Shown here piece by piece: positions 29,959 through 38,477 of a stretch of DNA of 64,000 bases. The stretch comes from Nitrospirales bacterium (GTDB lineage Bacteria; Nitrospirota; Nitrospiria; Nitrospirales; UBA8639). The notes under the pieces were generated by a model. That model saw nothing but the letters and a program-made list of their open reading frames with translations. It did no database searches and was not told where the DNA came from. How positions within the stretch are numbered: position 1 is the first letter of the stretch; every line of letters begins with the position of its first letter. A program made the translations under genes and the position numbers. The stretch is taken from assembly GCA_965215405.1 (NCBI GenBank), contig OZ244060.1, forward strand, positions 309,833-373,832. The letters run 5' to 3'.

Positions 29959-30014
29959 CTCAGAGTACCCTGCAACCGACGTTGATCATCACGCTCGTCT
30001 CCCGTCACTCGACG

Positions 30015-31265
30015 TTAATGGACCGTCGCGAACACCGAATCAAAAAACGGACGACATCGTAAACCGCGAAGCGTTGAGATATCCAGTCCTTTGTGCTGCA
30101 TCAACACTTTAAAGGTGGTGCCCATGCCGTGAGGTCGCAACAACAGGGCTGCCGCCCGGACTTCTGCAGATTCCTGGTCGTACCCGTTGATCAATTCCTC
30201 AATCCCCAGGCTCATCAGAAAATGCATCAGATTGGTAAAGCCGGTGGTGGTTAATCCTGCCCGTTCGCCGGCGTGAGCAAGACTCGAAAAATTCACGTGC
30301 GCCGTCAAGTCCTGCTCTCCGACGCGCGCGTAGGGATTCGTCGAAACCGCGTGTCGGTGGTATCCCATCAGGGTTCCGTGCTTTCGTTCAGGCGCAAAAT
30401 AATCCCGGGCCGTATGCCCATAATCAATCGTGATCACCACTCCACGATCAAGCACCCGGGCGACCTGGTTGACCCACTTCACGGCTTCTCTGCTGATTTC
30501 CGTGGTAAACCCAACGGACAATTCCACGCCCAGGTCGGATAAGAACGACGACAATTCAGGCGTAGACGGCTCTCCCCATCGTTCCTGCAATTCATGGTTC
30601 GAAATGGTCACGTACAATTCCTGCAGACCTTCCTGCCCCATGCGAACTCTGTGGACTGGAAACGCGTCCACTAATTCATTCGAGAGCAACGTGCCCGTCA
30701 GGCTTCCGTCCGAAACCGTCCGAAGCTCGTCAACCCATCGAATCAGCCCCTCTTGCGTATTCCAGGCAGCCAGCGTGTGCCGCTGCAATCGCCGAAGGGC
30801 GGGACTGCGTTCGACCAGCACACAGGACAACCGGCGCATCAGAGAGGCATGCCGCGCCTCACATTCCTGCAACATATCCCGGATCAGCACCCCTTCTCCC
30901 GGACCGATTTCAACAAGGTGGAACACGGGGGGACGGCGAAGCCGGTCGTCAATTTCAACGAGTTGGCTCACAAGACACCTGGCCAGCAGTGGCGAGAGCG
31001 ACGGAGACGTAAAGAAATCCCCACCTTCCATGCCAAACGGAGAAGACGCGGAGCGAGACAGTCCTCCTCCTGTCATGTAATATCCGTCCTGCTCGTCATA
31101 GAGGGCGAGTTCCATGAAACGCGCAAAGGTTATGGGACCGGACTCTCGTATAAGCGTGGCAATCTTTTTCATTAAAGAGGCAGTTGACGTTTCCATTCCA
31201 CACACAACGCAGCAGGTTGACCCGTATGGCCCAAGGACATGAGATTCGTAGGCCAAAAGAACCAT
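30015..31265 (-). CDS. MidA/NDUFAF7-like class I SAM-dependent methyltransferase (DUF185)
   Basis: GPITFARFMELALYDEQDGYY…GGDFFTSPSLSPLLARCL…LVEIGPGEGVLIRDML matches the MidA family pattern. The start codon is ambiguous (ATGs at 31265, 31196, 31172). Confidence 0.8.
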   Translation of the reverse strand: MVLLAYESHVLGPYGSTCCVVCGMETSTASLMKKIATLIRESGPITFARFMELALYDEQDGYYMTGGGLSRSASSPFGMEGGDFFTSPSLSPLLARCLVSQLVEIDDRLRRPPVFHLVEIGPGEGVLIRDMLQECEARHASLMRRLSCVLVERSPALRRLQRHTLAAWNTQEGLIRWVDELRTVSDGSLTGTLLSNELVDAFPVHRVRMGQEGLQELYVTISNHELQERWGEPSTPELSSFLSDLGVELSVGFTTEISREAVKWVNQVARVLDRGVVITIDYGHTARDYFAPERKHGTLMGYHRHAVSTNPYARVGEQDLTAHVNFSSLAHAGERAGLTTTGFTNLMHFLMSLGIEELINGYDQESAEVRAAALLLRPHGMGTTFKVLMQHKGLDISTLRGLRCRPFFDSVFATVH

Positions 31266-31317
31266 ACACTAGCGTTCAGTCCAGGGATTAGTCAAGGTAA
31301 GTCAGGGATTGATCGTG

Positions 31318-31560
31318 TCTCCGTTTGAATTTCTTTGCTTGTCCGGTCCCCGTTTCTTTGGGGCTTGGTTCAACAAGGACGAGGCCGTGATGTCAACCTG
31401 AGCCACGACCCTCTTTTTCCCCTCCGTTGTCAGGCGGGGCGAGAGGAGATGGTGTGACGTTGACAAGATCAACCTTATCTGATTCCCCTCCTTTGTCAGG
31501 AGGGGGCAGGGGAGGTAGAGTCTTCAACGGTGCCCACCGGTGCACCATGGGCGGGTGGGC
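31318..31560. repeat. Interspersed repeat cluster, locus 2 (inverted A-type 31318-31406 plus inverted B-type arm)
   Basis: Reverse complement of the 1221-1312 element, followed by CCCCTCCTTTGTCAGGAGGGGGCAGGGGAGGTAGAGTCTTC. Confidence 0.85.
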
Positions 31561-31701
31561 TCTCGGTCTCGGCGCGGGGGTGGTGCTGCGGGCTGCGTCG
31601 GGCGGTGCCACGTTGAACGGTTTTTCGGTGAGACGAATCCGGCGGTGCGCCCCGCCCCCCGACAGGCAGTGCTCGTTCGATGGATTGTCGGTCCGAGGGC
31701 G

Positions 31702-33099
31702 TCACTCTCTGTTCGGGAAATTCGGGTGGAACGGAAACGTTCGGCTCCAGATCTTTCCCTTTCCTGGCACGTACTGGCCGGTTCGGATACGGTCGACGTC
31801 GTAATCCGGGAGCGGGATGGCCCTCATGCAAAAGAGGAACTCTCTAAAGGGCCAACGAAAGCTGAAGTCCAGATTATCGAAACCATGCGGTTTGCGGTCG
31901 TCGGGAAGATCGTTGGCGTCAGCGGGGATGACGTGTACAAAGAACGGGGGCTTGATATCCGCCGGCGTGCACGGCTCCTTGAAGTAGATTAACCTGTCTC
32001 TGAGGAGGTAGACGTCGAAGTCGGAGCGGACGACCGGGGCGCCGACCGTCCCGGACACGATTGACGAGTAAAGTGCCCGATACTCAGAGCCGAAATACTC
32101 GAAGAACACCAACCCGATACTGCCGGCCATGACCAGGGAGCACATTGTCAGCAAGAAGGGAGTCCGTATGGCCGGCCGGTTCAGGCCGGCAAAGGATACC
32201 CGAAAGCTCGCCGGCCCCCGTCCCCGAACGCCCCGGGCCAGCCAGAGTTCCCCCGAATAGAACAGGCAGAGAAGTCCGAACAGATACTCCTTCACCTCCA
32301 TCAAATCGTGCGAGTCATGGGACACGTTGATATACGAAGAAGCCAGCACGAGCGTCACGGTTGCCCCAGCGACCATGAACAACCTGGGTTGTCTGGAAAG
32401 CAAGGAATAGATGACAAAGAGAAAAAGCAGGATTTTGGCTCTGCCGGAAACGAAACTTGGGTCGAAGAACATCTCCCACCCAACCGGGCCACGATAGGCT
32501 ATCCAGTAACTATCCATCACCAGGAAGCCGAACATCAGCGGTAGTGACGGTACTGGAATCCCGAGGACCGTGCGTTGCCGGCAGAAGAAAGCGGCGCTGG
32601 TGACGAGGCACAACAGGACTGGTCCGAAATCGACGACCTTGAGAACTAACTTTACTAACGTTAGGTTAATATTGTGAACATTGAATTCGTCCTGTGTATT
32701 CACCGTCTTGAGGAATTCCGGGGTGGTAAACCCGAAGAGACGCTGCCCCCAACTGATTTCTTCGCCTGCGCCGAAGAGCAGGGCCAGACCACCGAGAAGA
32801 TAGAGACCGCGCCGAATCCCCTTGTCTGCCGAAGCCGTAACGAATAGCAAGAGGCCCGCCACGAGGAGAAACCCCGCCGTGAGATTCTCTACCCAGTAAT
32901 CTTCTCGAGTCAGCAAAAGGATGCGTGACGGGTCGGCCACGTTGAGATAGGCGAAGAATAAGACGTTGAGGCACAGGCAGAGGAACCCGAAGACAGCCAG
33001 GCGGCTGTCGAGGCCGGGGTCACGCGCGGGCGTGGAGGGGGGGGGGGGGGGGGATGTATATCGGAACCCATGATTCTTCCTCTGTTCAGCCTTTGGCAA
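31702..33099 (-). CDS. Polytopic membrane protein of unknown function with a C-terminal soluble domain; 5' end contains a 17-nt homopolymer
   Basis: 465-aa ORF with many hydrophobic segments. The track start is a TTG without a good Shine-Dalgarno. A well-placed ATG (33071) with a GAGG Shine-Dalgarno is out of frame at the present tract length. Confidence 0.6.
   Translation of the reverse strand: MPKAEQRKNHGFRYTSPPPPPSTPARDPGLDSRLAVFGFLCLCLNVLFFAYLNVADPSRILLLTREDYWVENLTAGFLLVAGLLLFVTASADKGIRRGLYLLGGLALLFGAGEEISWGQRLFGFTTPEFLKTVNTQDEFNVHNINLTLVKLVLKVVDFGPVLLCLVTSAAFFCRQRTVLGIPVPSLPLMFGFLVMDSYWIAYRGPVGWEMFFDPSFVSGRAKILLFLFVIYSLLSRQPRLFMVAGATVTLVLASSYINVSHDSHDLMEVKEYLFGLLCLFYSGELWLARGVRGRGPASFRVSFAGLNRPAIRTPFLLTMCSLVMAGSIGLVFFEYFGSEYRALYSSIVSGTVGAPVVRSDFDVYLLRDRLIYFKEPCTPADIKPPFFVHVIPADANDLPDDRKPHGFDNLDFSFRWPFREFLFCMRAIPLPDYDVDRIRTGQYVPGKGKIWSRTFPFHPNFPNRE
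33037..33053. repeat. 17-nt homopolymer (G on plus strand, C on the coding strand) in the first ~20 codons of the membrane-protein gene
   Basis: Counted directly: G run 33037-33053. It encodes S-PPPPP-S in the track frame. Confidence 0.95.
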
Positions 33100-33259
33100 A
33101 AGAGACCTACGCGGGCAAAATGGGCCGTGGTTGCGGGACCGCGCTCAATGTGATGGCGGATCGTGGGGGTGCGGGCCAAGGCCGGAGTGCAAGGGGACGT
33201 CGGCGAATCGCGAGCCCTCTGATCTCCCTTGGTTAACCCCGAACATCGAGAAGCAAAGC

Positions 33260-34058
33260 CTATGCCGCTTTTGCCGGGGCTGTCAATAGAAATGACATTT
33301 GGGTCCCTGCCATGGAGTGTCCGCCCGTCGCCTGCCAGGGGGTAGCCTTAACGCTCCGCTCTTGGGGTTGGGTTGGGTCCCTGGAGGTCTTTTCCGTCAA
33401 CAGGGAATGGCCCTGGCCACCCGCTCTTTCCCCGTCCCGCTTTCCCCGGTACGGAACAGATTCGTTGGGGCGTCCGCGACCCGGCGCATGCACTCAAACA
33501 CCGCCCGCATGGCTTCGCTGTTCCCAAGCACGTGGGCAAAGGCGTCCTCACGCCGGCCCTGCTTCCGCCGCTCCGCCACCTCTTGGCGAAGCCGCGCCTC
33601 CCGGAAGGCTTTCTCGATGGGGACCAATAATTCCTCCGTGTTGATGGGTTTCGTCAGAGAATCGAACGCCCCCCCTGGTTTCTCGCCTCTACCGCGGACT
33701 CGACCGTGCCGGATGCCGTCAGCATGAGGACGTTACAGGCGGGATGACGTTGGATGATTTCGTACAGGATCTCGAAACCATCCAGGCCCTTCATCCGAAG
33801 ATCCGTGAGCACCGCGAGCGCGTCGCACCTCCCCGGATGATCCGGAGCGGCTCGCCCCTCCGGAGCCACGGTGACCCGGTAGTCATGCTCCTCCAATAGA
33901 TCTTCAAGAAGATGGCGCATCTCCCGGTCATCATCGACAATCAAAATGGAATTGGTGGGGACAAGGGGAGGCTTTTTCTTTTTCCCCTCCTTTGTCAGGA
34001 GGGGCCAGGGGAGGTAGAGTCTTCGATGGCGCCCCCGGGGCTTCATGGGCGGGGTCAT
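33260..34058 (-). pseudogene. Decayed NtrC-family (sigma54-dependent) response regulator: receiver domain, frameshift, then an AAA+ domain truncated after Walker A
   Basis: Receiver domain: ILIVDDDREMRHLLEDLL…VLTDLRMKGLDGF…LTASGTVESAVEA. A frameshift in the C7 run at 33669-33675 separates it from AFDSLTKPINTEELLVPIEKAF…LGNSEAMRAVFE…TGESGTGKERVARAI. Homology then stops. A B-type repeat occupies the 5' end. Confidence 0.7.
33964..34055. repeat. Interspersed repeat, locus 3 (single inverted B-type unit)
   Basis: AGGGGAGGCTTTTTC…CCCCTCCTTTGTCAGGAGGGGCCAGGGGAGGTAGAGTCTTCGATGGCGCCCCCGGGGCTTCATGGGCGG. Confidence 0.85.
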
Positions 34059-34205
34059 CAGGTGGGATCCTCCGTTGACATAGAGGATCCCGGCGCAGAG
34101 AGGTCATCGGACGTGGGCTGTTCCGTCGGTTCTTCAGGAAATCGTGCGACCCATATGCTCATTCTCCCCTCTAACGGGGCCCAAGAGGGGCTGACGGGTC
34201 GTCAT

Positions 34206-36986
34206 TCACGCCCCATGACATTTTTTATATTTTTTGCCACTGCCACACGGACAAGGCTCGTTTCGGCCAACTTTTGCTTGAGCCCGTTGGACCGGCCGTG
34301 ACGCCGATTCACCATCTCCACGGTTGAAGGTCATTCGGGGCGACACAGTCGCTTCCTCTTCAATGGGAGGTCGTTCCCCTTTGACCACCTGCACTTTAAA
34401 CAATCGCTCAAGCGCATCGGACTTGATGCGGTCCATCATGGCGGCAAACATGTCGAACCCTTCCCGTTTATACTCCGCCAGCGGATCTTTCTGCCCATAG
34501 CCTCTGAGCCCGATGCCGTCCCGGAGCTGATCCATTCCGAGGAGATGTTCCTTCCAATGATGATCAATGACCTGTAACACCAGGCTCCGTTCAAGCTGAG
34601 AGCGGATCTCGGAGCCGATTTCTTCTTCCCGTTCCCGTTGTCGTTGCGTAAAGAGCTTCAGTACGCGTTCACGCAATTCATCTCGCAGCCCGTCCCGTCC
34701 CATTTCCGACATGTCCTCGACCGTCATGACTTCCACGCCAAATTGCGCAAGGACGGCTTCCCGCAACCCTTCCAGGTCCCAGGCTTCGGCATAGGCTTCT
34801 TCGGGACAGCAGGTCGTGATTAAGGAATCCACGACGTCGACGAGCCAATCCTTCGCGTCGTCTTCAAGGGAGTCACCCGCAAGGACGCCGGCTCGATGGG
34901 TATAGATAATTTCCCGCTGTTTATTCATGACGTCGTCATATTCGAGAATGTGTTTGCGGATCTCGAAGTTATGCGCCTCGACTTTCTTCTGGGCGTTCTC
35001 AATAGACTTGGTGACCATCCGATGTTCGATCGGCACCCCCTCTTCCATGCCAAGTTTCAACATCAGATTGGAGACCCGTTCGGAAGCGAAAATACGCATC
35101 AAATCGTCTTCCAGGGACAGGAAGAAGCGAGACGAGCCGGGGTCGCCCTGACGACCGGACCGGCCTCGAAGCTGATTGTCAATCCGACGACTTTCATGCC
35201 GCTCAGTGCCGACGATATGCAACCCGCCCGACTTCAGCACTTCCTCTTTTTCCACTGCGCATTGCCGTGTAATTGTTTCAAGCGCCGTTTGCTTTTGTTC
35301 TTCAGTCAGATCTTCGTTTCGATAGACCACCTGCTGTTTGTATAACGCGTCCGGGTTGCCACCCAGAATAATATCCGTTCCTCGACCGGCCATGTTGGTG
35401 GCCAACGTCACCGCGCCCTTTCTCCCTGCCTGTGAAATAATTTCCGCCTCTTTTTCATGAAACTTGGCATTCAGGACGTGGTGTTTCACTCCTTTGTGTT
35501 TGAGAATTTTCGAAAGCCGTTCCGACTTTTCAATTGAAATCGTGCCTACCAGCACGGGCTGTTCCCGTTCATGGTATTCCATGACTTCCTGGGCAATGGC
35601 CTCGAATTTTTCTTTTTCCGTCCGATACACCACGTCCGAATGATCTTGTCGAATCATCGTACGGTTGGTCGGCACGACGTTGACGTCCAGATTGTAGATT
35701 TTGGCAAACTCCGCTGCTTCCGTGTCCGCCGTTCCGGTCATCCCTGCCAACTTGTCATACATCCGAAAATAGTTTTGAAACGTGATGGACGCCAGGGTTT
35801 GATTTTCATTGGCGATTTTCACGCCTTCCTTCGCTTCCACCGCCTGGTGCAGGCCGTCACTCCAGCGCCGGCCCGGCATCAGTCGTCCCGTAAACTCGTC
35901 GACGATCTGGACTTCTCCGTCTTTGATGACGTAATCGACGTCGCGTTTATAGATGGCATGAGCCTGTAAGCCTTTGATAACGTGGTGAACCACGTCAAGG
36001 TTTTTGGGGTCATACAGATTGTCACCTGCCAGCAGGCCATCCGACGCCAGCAATTTTTCCACACGGGTGTTCCCTTCTTCCGTCAGCGCAACCGTCCTCG
36101 ATTTTTCTTCAATGGTATAGTCCCGTTCGGCACTGAGTCTGGGAATGAGGTGAGTGATCCGATTGTATAATTCCGTGCTTTGTTCAGCCGGCCCAGAGAT
36201 GATGAGCGGGGTTCGCGCTTCATCAATCAGGATACTGTCTACTTCATCCACAATCGCGTAAGACAAATCCCGCTGGACTCGTTGGCGAAGATCATTGATG
36301 ACTAAATTATCCCGAAGGTAATCAAACCCGAATTCATTATTGGTGCCATAGGTGACGTCGGCCCGATACGCTTCCGACCTCGTACAGGGACGAAGATAAT
36401 TCAAGCGTTTATCCGCCGCCTCATACTCAGGATCAAACAGAAACGAGGACTCGTGCTGAATCACGCCAATCGTGCATCCCAACGCATGATACACGGGGCC
36501 CATCCACTGCGTGTCACGTTTCGCCAGGTAATCATTGACCGTCACCAGATGCACGCCTTTACCCGTCAACGCGTTTAAGTACGTGGGAAGGGTGGCGACC
36601 AGCGTTTTCCCTTCACCCGTCTTCATTTCCGAAATTTTCCCCGCGTGCAGCACCATGCCCCCCACAAGCTGGACGTCAAAGTGGCGCATGCCTGTTTTTC
36701 GCCGGGAGGCCTCACGGCACGCGGCAAAGGCCTCGGGGAGCAGTGCATCCAACGTCTCTCCCGCGTCAAGACGCTTTTTGAAAAGCTGGGTTTTATCCGT
36801 CAGTGCCTCGTCGGAAAGGGCCTGCAAGGCAGGTTCCATTTCGTTGATCCGGGACACGATCGGGTGGAGAGCCTTCAGCTCACGATCGTTCTTACTTCCG
36901 AAAAGAAGAGTTAACAGTCTGGCGAACACGATCCGATGAACACTCCTCACGACGCACCCCCGACGCGGTAAGGAATCCACGTTCAC
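34206..36986 (-). CDS. secA: Preprotein translocase ATPase SecA
   Basis: [16 protein letters not shown]-terminus, MKTGEGKT Walker A, C-terminal zinc motif [14 protein letters not shown]. The likely true start is GTG at 36929 (AGGAG upstream). Confidence 0.95.
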   Translation of the reverse strand: MNVDSLPRRGCVVRSVHRIVFARLLTLLFGSKNDRELKALHPIVSRINEMEPALQALSDEALTDKTQLFKKRLDAGETLDALLPEAFAACREASRRKTGMRHFDVQLVGGMVLHAGKISEMKTGEGKTLVATLPTYLNALTGKGVHLVTVNDYLAKRDTQWMGPVYHALGCTIGVIQHESSFLFDPEYEAADKRLNYLRPCTRSEAYRADVTYGTNNEFGFDYLRDNLVINDLRQRVQRDLSYAIVDEVDSILIDEARTPLIISGPAEQSTELYNRITHLIPRLSAERDYTIEEKSRTVALTEEGNTRVEKLLASDGLLAGDNLYDPKNLDVVHHVIKGLQAHAIYKRDVDYVIKDGEVQIVDEFTGRLMPGRRWSDGLHQAVEAKEGVKIANENQTLASITFQNYFRMYDKLAGMTGTADTEAAEFAKIYNLDVNVVPTNRTMIRQDHSDVVYRTEKEKFEAIAQEVMEYHEREQPVLVGTISIEKSERLSKILKHKGVKHHVLNAKFHEKEAEIISQAGRKGAVTLATNMAGRGTDIILGGNPDALYKQQVVYRNEDLTEEQKQTALETITRQCAVEKEEVLKSGGLHIVGTERHESRRIDNQLRGRSGRQGDPGSSRFFLSLEDDLMRIFASERVSNLMLKLGMEEGVPIEHRMVTKSIENAQKKVEAHNFEIRKHILEYDDVMNKQREIIYTHRAGVLAGDSLEDDAKDWLVDVVDSLITTCCPEEAYAEAWDLEGLREAVLAQFGVEVMTVEDMSEMGRDGLRDELRERVLKLFTQRQREREEEIGSEIRSQLERSLVLQVIDHHWKEHLLGMDQLRDGIGLRGYGQKDPLAEYKREGFDMFAAMMDRIKSDALERLFKVQVVKGERPPIEEEATVSPRMTFNRGDGESASRPVQRAQAKVGRNEPCPCGSGKKYKKCHGA

Positions 36987-37127
36987 CTTGTCGGAGGAAA
37001 GGGTCAGGGCACCGCCAATCCATGGAAACTCCCTCAGGGAATCCAGGGAGTCCCGATGGATGGCCGTGAACTCTCCGATTAGTATACCTGAATGGTGTCA
37101 TGAATCAACCAATCGGCAGAAGGGCTC

Positions 37128-37533
37128 GTGGCTCAGTTTGACATAGAGCCTCCTGCCCAGCGAGCACCGGGGGGCACCGTCGAAAACTCTACCTCCCCTG
37201 ACCCCTCCTTACAAAGGAGGGGAAACTGCCGGCGTCAACGTCGGACCTTATAACCTCCCCTTTGTAAGGGGAGGGAAGGAGGGGTAGAGCCTCCCGCCCA
37301 GCGAGCACCGGGGCACCGTCGAAGACTCTACCTCCCCCGGCCCCTCCTTACAAAGGAGGGGAAAAGAGTTTCCGCATCCCCCCCTGCGGATGCCGTCAGA
37401 TGGACCTCGCCTCGCCTGACAAAGGAGGGGGAAAAGAGGGACGTGGCTCAGTTTGAAATGACGGCCTCGTACTTGTTGAAACAAGCCTCAAAGAAACGGG
37501 GACCGGACAAGCAAAGAAATTCAAACGGAGCCA
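37128..37533. repeat. Interspersed repeat cluster, locus 4 (orphan A-type left end, B-type units, then a full A-type 37442-37533)
   Basis: GTGGCTCAGTTTGACAT at 37128 runs straight into B-type sequence. B arms at ~37180-37225, 37253-37290 and 37320-37365. Full A copy at the right end. Confidence 0.85.
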
Positions 37534-37750
37534 CGACCGCAGAAGGAATATCGCTTCCGGAAGACCGGTCTCCGACCTCGACGCCACTTGAAATGTTCTC
37601 ATTAATTATGTATATTTTTACGGGTTTTTTCTAACGGTCTTTTATTGATACAGGGATTCAGACTCTACAATATTCTTCCGGCAAAGGTCCTTTTCTTCTC
37701 GATCTTCAAGATACACACAAATTAAAATTACGGACCAAATCACGATTTCG

Positions 37751-38338
37751 ATGGTTTCCGTATCTCTTAGAGGCGTGCTTGTCGGGTGTGTGCTGGGATG
37801 GGTCTGTGTGGTCTCCTCAACCGCAGCCCAAAACTCGTTCGACGAACCAATTGAAACACTGACGACCATTGAAGTTCCCGCCACGACCATCGTCCGGGAG
37901 GAACGGCAAATCAGCATACCCAAACCGGACGCCTCAACGTTATTGCCGTTACCGTTGGATGACCTCATCGCAGCCGCTGCCTTCAAAACCCACCCCGGCT
38001 CTCAAGACCCTCACAAAATCGTGCGAGATTCCATTGCGGACCGCAAAGGATTTCGGAAATCCGTCAGACCGATCAAAGCCGAACGTCCCCCGTATCCGCA
38101 AGTCGCCCGCAGGCAGGGCTGGGAAGGGACGGTCCTGTTACGGCTCACCGTCAACAGGGAAGGAATAGTGGAAAGGGTAACGACTCAAAAAAGCTCGGGG
38201 TTTCCGGAACTTGACAAAAGTGCCGTGCGGTCGGTCAAAACGTGGCGATTTGCCCCGGCGAAGGACGGAGAATTTCCGATTCCCGTCACGGTTGACCTGC
38301 CCATCAGATTCGACCTTGACCAGCCGGATCAACGGTGA
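37751..38338 (+). CDS. TonB C-terminal-domain protein (short TonB paralogue)
   Basis: PPYPQVARRQGWEGTVLLRLTVNREGIVERVTTQKSSGFPELDKSAVRSVKTWRFAPA is a canonical TonB_C domain. N-terminal membrane anchor. Confidence 0.75.
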   Translation: MVSVSLRGVLVGCVLGWVCVVSSTAAQNSFDEPIETLTTIEVPATTIVREERQISIPKPDASTLLPLPLDDLIAAAAFKTHPGSQDPHKIVRDSIADRKGFRKSVRPIKAERPPYPQVARRQGWEGTVLLRLTVNREGIVERVTTQKSSGFPELDKSAVRSVKTWRFAPAKDGEFPIPVTVDLPIRFDLDQPDQR

Positions 38339-38477
38339 TTAAGAACCACTTTACGATCGACGCGACCCGTCGCAGTGCCCTGCCTGTCGGCAGACGGGTA
38401 TCGTATGGCGCGTCGGGCCACGCGGGACGCGAGGCCGTAGCTTAACCGGATTAAAAGTAAGGCAAGGAGACACCGTC

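Noticed and set aside
38339-38477. Possible cobalamin or other riboswitch in the 140-nt leader of the TonB-dependent receptor.
   Set aside because: I could not find a B12-box-like element or any other riboswitch core by eye. A covariance-model scan would be needed to reopen this.
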